DNA of 64,000 bases, from positions 14,531-78,530 of the forward strand of contig JAZQQQ010000056.1 of assembly GCA_045629165.1 (NCBI GenBank), read 5' to 3'. The translations under genes were made by a program, and so were the position numbers. Under the pieces are notes generated by a model, which was not told where the DNA came from, did no database searches, and was given only the letters and a program-made list of their open reading frames with translations. This DNA comes from Bacteroidaceae bacterium (GTDB lineage: Bacteria > Bacteroidota > Bacteroidia > Bacteroidales > Bacteroidaceae). This document shows, piece after piece, positions 9,752 to 19,034 of this stretch. Positions within the stretch are counted from its first letter, which is position 1. Every line of letters begins with the position of its first letter.

Positions 9752-12019
9752 ATGATCATGATGAGAATAAAGAAACATATATACTTAGGACTTTCGCTCT
9801 GCATTGCGATGCTGTCGGGATGCAGCGACGATGAAGCACCCTCAAAGACACTCAGCGGTGATGGGACTAAGACTCCCCTCTCTGTAACCGCTCTGCTCGA
9901 TGCAAGCAGTCCTGCATTGCAGACGCGTGCATCAAACATGGTGTTTGAAGAACATGACAATCTCCTGGCATACGTCCGCCATGTGACTTGGAACGGTCCT
10001 GTTTCTGCAGGACAGCCAGAGAATGCTCGTGAATCAGTCAGTGCCGATAAAGCCCCTGTTTTGATTACCTTCACCAAGGGAGGTGCTGATATGGTTGCTT
10101 ATTCCGGCAGTGATATTACCCCTATCGGCACAGGCGTTCGTCTTGGTTTGACCAGCGCCAATACCCGGCAAACCTCTGACCTCACCAACGACCTTGGCGT
10201 AGGTGGTGGTCATATCTATTGGGATGACTTCAGCGATGCTTCAAATGCGGCTACAGACTTGCATACGGCTAATCATTACTTGCAGTCTTATTATGGCTAC
10301 TGCTATAATGGAGGTACGCCAACAGAAGGACTTGAGACAGGAACCAATAAGGAGGATGGTATCATCAAATGGGCCGTACAGACCGATCAAACCAGTGGCT
10401 TCAAGACCAGCGATCTTCTCTGGTCAGCAGAGCAGACACCTATAGCATATAATCATGGTGCCACACCTGGCGACAACACTCGTGCCGGACTCGTCCTACC
10501 TTACACTCACGCTATGAGCAAGGTTACCATCAACGTAATTGCCGGTGATGGTTTTGAGACTGATTACAATTTTGCTAAAACCGGCGCTCAGCTCGACCAA
10601 GTGCGTACGTCTTGTAAGGCGACAGCTCCAACCGCCACTCTTGACTACGATGATTGCACGAAAGGCGACGTCACCATGATGCCGGGAGCTGTTGGCAAGA
10701 CCAATAATCTGCCAACAAAGTCATTCTCTGCAATCGTCGTTCCGTCGGTTCTTACCGTGGGCAACCGCTTTGGTACTGTAACAGCCATGGATGGCAACAA
10801 TTATTATATCCCTGTTACCCAGACTATCATTGATGGTTGGGCGTTGCAGTTGTCTGATGTTGATGAAGACATCAATAATGGTAGTGCACAAGCTCCATCT
10901 AGACTAAGAAATACTGTATATGCAGACATACCGGCCGGCAAAGGTCACCAGATGAAGTCTGGCGTACATTACATACTTAATGTGACAGTCAACAAGACTG
11001 AGGTAACGGTTTCGGCTGTTATCCGCGACTGGAATGAGGTGACTGCCGAAGGCGAAGGCGTGATTCATTTCAGCAATGATGTCACAGGTGCTGGTTATAC
11101 TGAACACACTATCGAAGAAACACTCAAGGCTCATGGCTTTGATATATACAAGTCAACCACAAATACCTTTGGAACCAAAGCTACTACTGTTCGTTGGAAC
11201 AAAGCCAGCCAGGTATGGCGCTTCAATCCAGTCATCTACTGGCAGGGAGGTGTAAGTGAGTATTTCCGTGCACTCTGGAATGCCCACACTGATACTCCGG
11301 GTACGGAAGATGTGAACGAGTCTCTTCAGATGGAGAACGGCCGTGATGTGCTTTGGGGTACAACCAAGGAACACAGCGGTACCGATGCAGACGGACAGCC
11401 ATTCAACTATGCAAAGGGAGCTGATCTGCCACCTCGAACTGGTGATGTGCCACTAGTATTCGAACATGCCATGTCGAAGATTACATTCTATTTGGAAGAT
11501 GCAGCCAAAGGATCTTCAAACGATGATTCAAAGCTTGACCTCAGCCGTGCTACCATTCAGTTGACCGATTTGGCCACAGGAGGTACCATAGAACTATACG
11601 AGGGAAATATTACTCCAGCCGCTATTACTGCAGGTCAGAAGACCTTCAGCGAAGATAATGGCGCTGTGCCTAAGCGTATGGGCTATTATGCAGCTCAGGA
11701 AAATGGTGTTGCCACCAGTTATAATGCTTCGCTGACACTGAAGGATTATTATGTTATCCCACAGACCATCACCGATAATGCCATGCTCATCATCACCCTT
11801 GCCAATGGTACTACCTATCGAGCAAAGCTGAACCTCTGCAGGGCCAAGAATGGCGTGGATGGCAATGGTATGGACCGATACGATTACGTAACCCAGTGGG
11901 AACGTGGCAATCATTACGTCTATACCATTACCCTGGCTAAGGATACCATAGAGTTCCGCGCTGAGATTAAGGAATGGGAAGAGATAAATGCCAGTGGAAC
12001 AATAACTCCAGAGTGGTAA
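9752..12019 (+). CDS. Fimbrillin-family surface lipoprotein, two tandem modules (755 aa)
   Basis: Lipobox MLSGC followed by SDDE. Module 1 has DLLWSAEQ, YTHAMSKVTINV and SAVIRDWNEV (nt ~11025-11042). Module 2 has DVLWGTTK, FEHAMSKITFYL and the C-terminal RAEIKEWEEI. Confidence 0.75.
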   Translation: MIMMRIKKHIYLGLSLCIAMLSGCSDDEAPSKTLSGDGTKTPLSVTALLDASSPALQTRASNMVFEEHDNLLAYVRHVTWNGPVSAGQPENARESVSADKAPVLITFTKGGADMVAYSGSDITPIGTGVRLGLTSANTRQTSDLTNDLGVGGGHIYWDDFSDASNAATDLHTANHYLQSYYGYCYNGGTPTEGLETGTNKEDGIIKWAVQTDQTSGFKTSDLLWSAEQTPIAYNHGATPGDNTRAGLVLPYTHAMSKVTINVIAGDGFETDYNFAKTGAQLDQVRTSCKATAPTATLDYDDCTKGDVTMMPGAVGKTNNLPTKSFSAIVVPSVLTVGNRFGTVTAMDGNNYYIPVTQTIIDGWALQLSDVDEDINNGSAQAPSRLRNTVYADIPAGKGHQMKSGVHYILNVTVNKTEVTVSAVIRDWNEVTAEGEGVIHFSNDVTGAGYTEHTIEETLKAHGFDIYKSTTNTFGTKATTVRWNKASQVWRFNPVIYWQGGVSEYFRALWNAHTDTPGTEDVNESLQMENGRDVLWGTTKEHSGTDADGQPFNYAKGADLPPRTGDVPLVFEHAMSKITFYLEDAAKGSSNDDSKLDLSRATIQLTDLATGGTIELYEGNITPAAITAGQKTFSEDNGAVPKRMGYYAAQENGVATSYNASLTLKDYYVIPQTITDNAMLIITLANGTTYRAKLNLCRAKNGVDGNGMDRYDYVTQWERGNHYVYTITLAKDTIEFRAEIKEWEEINASGTITPEW

Positions 12020-12090
12020 TGCCAAGAGTCTATTAGAGAATAGATTGATAGTAATGAGGAATCGAGAAATCGAGACAAAATAAAGATAAA

Positions 12091-13521
12091 GTGAAGAGCT
12101 TTAAGCTACATAGAATATACAATAGGATGGCACTGCTGATGGCGGCACTGCTGGCAGTGGCATGCACTGATGATATTGTTGGCAATGCTAGTAATACTGA
12201 TGTGCCAGAAGTTGAGCAGAAAGAACAGGTGCTGATGGCTGTGGGGACAGAAAAACCTGTAAACACCCGTGCCGGCAGCATTTCATACATGCCTAACCAT
12301 GTGCGCTTCACTGCCATGATGCTCACAAAGGCTGCTGCCGCAGAAGACTATATGTACGATAGGCCTTTCTACGCCAATATGCTTGTTGATGAATTTGGTG
12401 CTGGCAATAGTCTGTATTATCAAGACACATACGTAGCTCCTGCTACAAATAAGCAGGACAATTATCACAACGATGACGATGCCTCTATCTTTTACTGGCA
12501 AAACCGTTTGCCGCATGGGTTCATCGGTTATATAGATGATTACAACAAGGCATTGCCATGGGCTAAGCGCCAGATTGGAGATACAGAGTATACCTCTGCT
12601 ACAGAGTATTTCCCTCAGACGCTTGGCAGCTGGAACAATGCTGGTCCGGCTACTGCCGATGGCAAGAAGGACAATAGCATAGAGAACTTCCTCTACACCA
12701 TGAAGAAGGATGGTACCATCCTTAGTTGGCAACAGTATGTGAAAATAGACCTGCGCAATAACCCTGCCATCACCTCAATGAGCATGCAGAAGGATCCATT
12801 GATTGCCTGCGAGGAGAAAGTACCGGAGAGTTCGTCACCAGAGAAGAACCGCGTGTACCTCACCTTCCGCCACCAGTTGGCACAGGTGCAGGTGAACCTG
12901 AAGGGTAGTCCGGAGAGCGCAAATATTCTTGCTTCACAGATTGATAGCGTAGCCCTGTTGGGCGTATCGCTTGATGCGTACGTGTTCCCTTATCCTGAAT
13001 ACGGATTCACGGAAACTCAAACAACAAGACCAGCTAAGGATGCCGAGGGCAATCCTATTCTGGATGGCGAAGGCAATCCTACATACGAGGTTGACAAGAG
13101 TTGGGGTATCGTACGACAGGGTGAAGGAAAGAAAGATCTCCTGCGCAAGGCATATGCCGTACCACTCACCCTGGAGCAACAGAATGCCAATCCTCCGGCA
13201 GGCTCAAAATTTGACATGTTCCAGATGGCCGACGGCAAACAGGCTACGGGCTACCTGAAAGGTTTCGAGGCCATCGCTTTTGGTGACCTGAAATACCTGC
13301 GCATCGTGTGGCATGAGAATGATGAGCAAGGACAGCCTGATATCAAACACATAGTGCAGTTCCCTATCACCAACGACAACTTCAAGAAGTTGGAGAGCGG
13401 CAAGCGTTACATAATTAACCTGGAACTTCGTTTGGGATCAGTTGCCGTAGTGAAGACCGAAATCGTGGATTGGATTCCATATGAGACGGTCTACGAAAGC
13501 ACTGGTAACGTTGTGAAATAA
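12091..13521 (+). CDS. Fimbrillin-family surface lipoprotein, single module (476 aa)
   Basis: The GTG start gives a basic n-region plus lipobox (MKSFKLHRIYNRMALLMAALLAVAC-TDD). The first ATG (12127) would leave a signal peptide with no charged n-region. Carries FRHQLAQVQVNL and the C-terminal KTEIVDWIPYE. Confidence 0.65.
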   Translation: MKSFKLHRIYNRMALLMAALLAVACTDDIVGNASNTDVPEVEQKEQVLMAVGTEKPVNTRAGSISYMPNHVRFTAMMLTKAAAAEDYMYDRPFYANMLVDEFGAGNSLYYQDTYVAPATNKQDNYHNDDDASIFYWQNRLPHGFIGYIDDYNKALPWAKRQIGDTEYTSATEYFPQTLGSWNNAGPATADGKKDNSIENFLYTMKKDGTILSWQQYVKIDLRNNPAITSMSMQKDPLIACEEKVPESSSPEKNRVYLTFRHQLAQVQVNLKGSPESANILASQIDSVALLGVSLDAYVFPYPEYGFTETQTTRPAKDAEGNPILDGEGNPTYEVDKSWGIVRQGEGKKDLLRKAYAVPLTLEQQNANPPAGSKFDMFQMADGKQATGYLKGFEAIAFGDLKYLRIVWHENDEQGQPDIKHIVQFPITNDNFKKLESGKRYIINLELRLGSVAVVKTEIVDWIPYETVYESTGNVVK

Positions 13522-13552
13522 TTAAGTCAACAGGAAAAAATATTAGATTAAA

Positions 13553-16528
13553 TTGAAAAAGTATTTATCATACATATTGCTCATACTTGTCATGGTGAGT
13601 TGCCATGATAGAGTTGATAATACATGGGAAATAGATTACCCGGATATGACAGGTGAGTCTGTGGCTTTTTCCTCTGGGATTCGTACCGCTAAGGTTGCAA
13701 CACGAGCATATTTCGATGACCAGAGTGTATGGGCTACTGAATTGGGCAAGTTCCATCCTGTAGTGGAAACCTATAATGATTCTTTTTACCTCTACACCTT
13801 TGACATCAGCATGTTCCGCCAAAAGGATGGTGCGAATATGGGACATGCGAAGTATCAGTTGAAGAGTTCTGATGAGAATGTATATGATGATAAAGGCACA
13901 TTGGAACTTATGTTCATACAGGATGAGGCCAATACCCCACTCTACTGGCCAGACAACTCAAATCAGTATGGTTTCAAGGTCGATGCAGGCAACAAAGTCC
14001 TTGATACTGACCAACATGATGCCACCCTCTTCCTTGACAACGACCTCCTTCTTGGCTATGGCTTTGAGCCACTTTGGGACACTGAAAACGGTCAATCCGC
14101 TGATGACATTGATGCATTGAATTACCGTACCAGTCGTGAGTGGTATGCAGCTAACAAGCAGGCTCTGCCAAATGGTTCCGATGCAGATTGGCGCAAGATT
14201 CCTCTCTACCTTAAGCATCAGCGCTGCTGGGTAACAATTGTACTGAAGGCGGGTCGTGGCGTCCCTCGCGACATCTTGACTTATGATGCAACAGAGGAAA
14301 ACTTCACCAGCAAGATGTTCTCTTACGGAGAAAGTGGAAATATGGAAATTCAACCATGGCGTCGGGCTGCACAAGTTGAATACGATGCCGATAAGAATGG
14401 ACCTGCTGTAACACTTGATGAGTTACAGAATAGCGGTGAGACTAATACTATCACGCTGAATGCAATTGTCAATCCCCACAACTATCTGGAGGCAACCGAT
14501 GCACCTATCTCTCAATTCATACTGAATGACAGCAAATATGAGTTCATGCCGCAGAACGATTCGCATTATGCCGCATGGAACGAGGGACGTAATGCCACTC
14601 AGTCAGAGAAAGAGTCGTGGACACCAGAATACAGGGACGCGTTTGATGCTGCTGCAGAGGCTATGCAGGCCTACAACCTTACAGCAGGTAAGCACCTCAC
14701 CATCACCGCAACTCTTACAACTGACCGCATCGTGCTGATAACAGCCCTCCTTGAGGACTGGGAGGATATATCTATGTCCAGCATTTGTGACGACTTCGGT
14801 CAGCAGGGCGATCCGTTTGAGATTGACTCACGAGAGAAACTTTTGGAGTTTTTCAGCCGCTACAACAAACCTGGTAACATAGGTTTGGTATCTGCTCCGG
14901 AAATCAATCTGAATGGCGCTGATGGAAGTTTAACATGGACGCCTCAGAATCTGAATTGTATGCTCAACTTGGCTGGTGCCAAAATCACATGTAATGGAGC
15001 CGTTATTGCGAATATTGAGTCGGGTGCATCGTTGTTGAATGGTGAAATACAAATGACTGGCAACGGCTCGGTATATGCTTCGGTCTGCAACAATAATATG
15101 GGAACCATTGAACAGATTCATGTGAGTGTAGCAGAGAATTCAAACCCGAAAGCAACCAAGGGTGGAATGGTCGGTGTCAACTATGGCACCATATATAACT
15201 GTGTATGTGACCTGCAGGTGATAGGTACTGAAGGCTATATTGGTGGCATTGCCGGCGAATCGAAGAAACACGAGACGCTCAACATTCAACCTGTCATCGA
15301 CCAATGCGTGATGAATGGAAAGGTGGATGGTAGCGAAGGAATCACTGGCGCTGGTGGTATCGTAGGTTATGCTGAGAATATTGTGAGCCGCAACACCTTC
15401 AACTATGGTATGACACTGATGCAACAGAACAACGATAAGTTCAAGAACATCATTCAGTCGACCAATACTTCCGATGATAATTTTACAGTGACTGCTTACG
15501 GCAATAGTTGGCCAACAACAGTTAGCAACCAGATAGGTAAGCATACCACAGAGAACAGCAACAACAATACAGCTGCCCGCTATCAGGCTACCATTGATAG
15601 TCAGGAAGAACTTTATGAACTGCTGGTAAATACCACCCATTCTCAAGGTGCTCGTTACCGCATTGCCAATGACTTTTCTGTGGACAACACATGGGCTCTC
15701 GGCGTGGGTGATACGCAAGAATACTCATCAAATGAGCGTAAGTTCAACCTCAACTTTGAACTTGATGGCAATGACAAGACCATCACAACTAACGGTCAGC
15801 GACTTTTCTCACACATCAACGGTTACTTCCATGATATGACTATCTATTGTGCAGAGTCTATCATCACCACTCCTTATGAGGACGGTACAGACATGATCTC
15901 ACCTTTTGCTTACGCTGTTAATGGCGAAAATTCAATGATAAAAAACATAAAGGTGAAAATGGCACCAGAAAAGTATATTCAGGCGGCCAATCCAGCAGGA
16001 CTTATTTGCCGTGCATACGGAGGTGCACAGATTATCGACTGCGAGGTGCTTGTTGATTTACGTGTGAAGTTCAGAGACGGATATAGCAATCATGATTCCT
16101 ATCGTTTTGCTGGTGGCATCTCTGCAGTTTCAGTTGACGCATCGTTCATAGGCTGTAAGGTACACACCGGTACAAAAATCCTGCAGGATGGCACTTTGAC
16201 ATTCAACCGTCAGGCTCAGTATCGTGGTGGTATCGTCGGTGGTATAGTTACCGAGAGTGGTTACATTCCTGGTACGGTCATTGAAGACTGCATCTCTTGG
16301 TGGAACTATGGTACACTGAGAGACGGTGATTCTCCTGCTGGTGCCATAATTGGCTCAACTCAGTATTTCGACATCACCAGTACGCTGCAGCAAGGACTGT
16401 TACCAGCCAACGGCGGTAACTGGTGGAGCGATCAACTTCGCCCGGCAGCAGATATTACAGGCGATGACGTAATCACAGTGCTTGGTCGCCGTAATAATGT
16501 GGTACCTTCGGAAGAAACAAACTTTTAA
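13553..16528 (+). CDS. Chimeric lipoprotein: N-terminal fimbrillin-like module plus a C-terminal GLUG-motif / beta-helix head (991 aa)
   Basis: Only a TTG start yields the signal and lipobox MKKYLSYILLILVMVSC-HD. Carries DLLLGYG, LKHQRCWVTIVL and ALLEDWEDI (nt 14756-14767). The head starts with PFEIDSREKLLEFF and FELDGNDKTITT, followed by GLUG-like repeats GGMVGVNYG, IGGIAGES, AGGIVGYA, AGGISAV and RGGIVGGIV. Confidence 0.7.
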   Translation: MKKYLSYILLILVMVSCHDRVDNTWEIDYPDMTGESVAFSSGIRTAKVATRAYFDDQSVWATELGKFHPVVETYNDSFYLYTFDISMFRQKDGANMGHAKYQLKSSDENVYDDKGTLELMFIQDEANTPLYWPDNSNQYGFKVDAGNKVLDTDQHDATLFLDNDLLLGYGFEPLWDTENGQSADDIDALNYRTSREWYAANKQALPNGSDADWRKIPLYLKHQRCWVTIVLKAGRGVPRDILTYDATEENFTSKMFSYGESGNMEIQPWRRAAQVEYDADKNGPAVTLDELQNSGETNTITLNAIVNPHNYLEATDAPISQFILNDSKYEFMPQNDSHYAAWNEGRNATQSEKESWTPEYRDAFDAAAEAMQAYNLTAGKHLTITATLTTDRIVLITALLEDWEDISMSSICDDFGQQGDPFEIDSREKLLEFFSRYNKPGNIGLVSAPEINLNGADGSLTWTPQNLNCMLNLAGAKITCNGAVIANIESGASLLNGEIQMTGNGSVYASVCNNNMGTIEQIHVSVAENSNPKATKGGMVGVNYGTIYNCVCDLQVIGTEGYIGGIAGESKKHETLNIQPVIDQCVMNGKVDGSEGITGAGGIVGYAENIVSRNTFNYGMTLMQQNNDKFKNIIQSTNTSDDNFTVTAYGNSWPTTVSNQIGKHTTENSNNNTAARYQATIDSQEELYELLVNTTHSQGARYRIANDFSVDNTWALGVGDTQEYSSNERKFNLNFELDGNDKTITTNGQRLFSHINGYFHDMTIYCAESIITTPYEDGTDMISPFAYAVNGENSMIKNIKVKMAPEKYIQAANPAGLICRAYGGAQIIDCEVLVDLRVKFRDGYSNHDSYRFAGGISAVSVDASFIGCKVHTGTKILQDGTLTFNRQAQYRGGIVGGIVTESGYIPGTVIEDCISWWNYGTLRDGDSPAGAIIGSTQYFDITSTLQQGLLPANGGNWWSDQLRPAADITGDDVITVLGRRNNVVPSEETNF

Positions 16529-16592
16529 CCCTCAGCCTACCCTATATTGGTGAAAGTGGAGTAAGGTAAGACTTATGAATTAGATAATAGAA

Positions 16593-19028
16593 ATGAGAAG
16601 AAACATATATTATTTTTTACTGATAATAAGTACTCTGTTGGTTGGTTGTAAAGACTCACTGACAGATGATATACATGATATTACAGGTACCCATATAATC
16701 CGTGTGGGTGGTGTTGTGTCGGATGATGTCATTACAGTGCTGACACGTGCCGGCGAGACTACCGATACAGTACGCGCTGAAACTGTTGATTGGATGAAGG
16801 GCGCATTGCTAAAAGGATTGGATATTACATATTCGAACCTCAAATCTGATGGCGGTCATGATATTGACAACCAGCATGTGGCAATACTGAAATGGACGGG
16901 CACAATTAATCAAACGAGTAACCGTGGTGATTATACCTTCAAGTACAAGAGTTTTAATGGCCAGGCTGATGCCGAATGGTATGATAACGGTCCTCATTTC
17001 TTTGAGGGCGAGTACGTGCCGGAAGAAATTCGTACCACAGGGTCTACTATCACTGCCGTAAATCTAGTATCCGATCAGCACGATGATACTGACCATACAT
17101 ACAACACAACAGGTGATGCCAGCGGTACAATTGGTAATTATACCTTACTATCGCACTATGTGGGAATGCCGCCTAACTGGACTACTTCTGCAACCGTTGA
17201 CCAGGTGCTCCTGCCATTCAAGCATCGTTTGGCGCGCGTTATCGCCTATATCCTTATTGACCCAGATTTGAAGGATAAGTCAGGTACGGCAACAGCAACG
17301 CTGAAAGGATATAAGAAGGATGCAAGTGGAAATGATATGAGTACCGAAGATCCTTCTACCACCGAGCTTCGTTTTGCCAACGTTAAGGTTCTGGAAAAGG
17401 TAAATGAGGTCGCTTCCACTGGTGGCAGTGATGCTGCAGCATCTTTGACCCCGGTGTGGACCGAAGCACGCCGTGTGATTCCTCATTTTGAAATGGAACT
17501 CACCAAAAGTGTGAACAATAAACAGGAGTTGGCCACGCCTGAAAGCGCCACCCAAGCAGAGAAGGATGCAGCACAATCTGGATTCATAGTCTACAAACGC
17601 AAACGCGATGAGAGACTCTTCCATCCTCGTGAGGAGGGCTGGTACGAAGCACATAAGGATTATGTGCAAAAAGGTCAGAATAGTGCTTATACGCAAAAGA
17701 AATATCTCTCTGTTCCAGTATATGATGTCATTGTACGTCCAACTTATGAGACAACCGATGATGTGATGTATGACGAGGCTGGATACTATAATGATGACAA
17801 AACACTCAACAATGAAAACATTGTCAATTTAGCCAAGGTGAGCAATTCCATTGAGTTTGAGATGACCCTCAATAACGACCTTGTATATACCAAGAAGTTT
17901 GAGTTCGACCTCAATGCCAACCAGCAGACAATCGTATATATAACCATCGACCGTGAGAGCATCGACTATGATGAGTCAACATCAGAGAAGTGGGTCAGCA
18001 CGAATACCACTGATGATTACTATGGTGTGAACAACGACCTTGGCCATAACATGTCGATGGCAGGCAACAGTTGGCAGCGTGCCTTCCGCAACAGTACCTC
18101 AAGTATTAATGTTACTGACGGTAATGGATACGGTGCACAGGAGAATGGCGAGGATGTTGGCCAGTACGTAAGTGATGAAACATGGATAAAGGCTTTCGCC
18201 CAGGCATACCAGATTGGCGCACATCATGGAGACTATTTTATCCTTGATAGGGATATCACTATCAATGCCACACTCCTCCCGGATAACTTCGTTTTTACAG
18301 GTCATCTGGACGGAAGGGGACATACGATAACTGTTACAGGTTTGAATACTTCATGGAGTGAGGATCATTACACTTATGATGTAATAACAGACTTTAGCAA
18401 CCTTCCTGCTACTATATATAAGCAGGTTGGTGAAAACTATGAAGTGTTTACTCTCCCAACTTTATATACTGCAAACTATTATACACAGGATGAAATAGAT
18501 GTAGCACAACAAGGTGATCCAGCCTATGGCAAGACAACAAATGATATTAATAACTATAGCCCAACCTCGCCATCCTTGAGTGAGGTAATGACCGGAAGCA
18601 CAACCTACTATACTTTCGATGGTCAGAACTATTCTCCATACAGTCGTCCAACAGAGTTGTATGCTTATGTAAACCATCCTATCCCTCATACCAGTGGAAG
18701 CTCGCTCTTCGCTGGCCTCAATGCCATTTATACCACTGCACAGGAGAGTGCTACAAATCCTACGGCAAAAGACCCAACGACGGGATTGCCAGTTGTAACG
18801 TGGGAGGCAAACGTACACAAGGAGAATGGTAAATGGGTGCCAGTAGCAGGCTATCGTGCCGAGTTATACAATGTGAAACTCTCAGGAGGAACCTTCTTCC
18901 CTGTAGGAACTGTTCTTGATGGCAGTTTGTCAAACCAGACTGTCAATGGCTATATTTACAACTGTTGGGAATTGGACTCTGATCCTGATACCTATATCAG
19001 CAACAAGGTACCCCTACCTCAATATTGA
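16593..19028 (+). CDS. Lipoprotein with a divergent fimbrillin-like N-terminal part and a short C-terminal head module (811 aa)
   Basis: Lipobox LLVGC followed by KDSLTDD. Carries FKHRLARVIAYI and TIVYITIDRESIDYDE (a weak version of the DW strand). The head signature is DYFILDRDITI..FVFTGHLDGRGHTITVTGL..SSLFAGLNA. Confidence 0.6.
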   Translation: MRRNIYYFLLIISTLLVGCKDSLTDDIHDITGTHIIRVGGVVSDDVITVLTRAGETTDTVRAETVDWMKGALLKGLDITYSNLKSDGGHDIDNQHVAILKWTGTINQTSNRGDYTFKYKSFNGQADAEWYDNGPHFFEGEYVPEEIRTTGSTITAVNLVSDQHDDTDHTYNTTGDASGTIGNYTLLSHYVGMPPNWTTSATVDQVLLPFKHRLARVIAYILIDPDLKDKSGTATATLKGYKKDASGNDMSTEDPSTTELRFANVKVLEKVNEVASTGGSDAAASLTPVWTEARRVIPHFEMELTKSVNNKQELATPESATQAEKDAAQSGFIVYKRKRDERLFHPREEGWYEAHKDYVQKGQNSAYTQKKYLSVPVYDVIVRPTYETTDDVMYDEAGYYNDDKTLNNENIVNLAKVSNSIEFEMTLNNDLVYTKKFEFDLNANQQTIVYITIDRESIDYDESTSEKWVSTNTTDDYYGVNNDLGHNMSMAGNSWQRAFRNSTSSINVTDGNGYGAQENGEDVGQYVSDETWIKAFAQAYQIGAHHGDYFILDRDITINATLLPDNFVFTGHLDGRGHTITVTGLNTSWSEDHYTYDVITDFSNLPATIYKQVGENYEVFTLPTLYTANYYTQDEIDVAQQGDPAYGKTTNDINNYSPTSPSLSEVMTGSTTYYTFDGQNYSPYSRPTELYAYVNHPIPHTSGSSLFAGLNAIYTTAQESATNPTAKDPTTGLPVVTWEANVHKENGKWVPVAGYRAELYNVKLSGGTFFPVGTVLDGSLSNQTVNGYIYNCWELDSDPDTYISNKVPLPQY

Positions 19029-19034
19029 TAAAAG

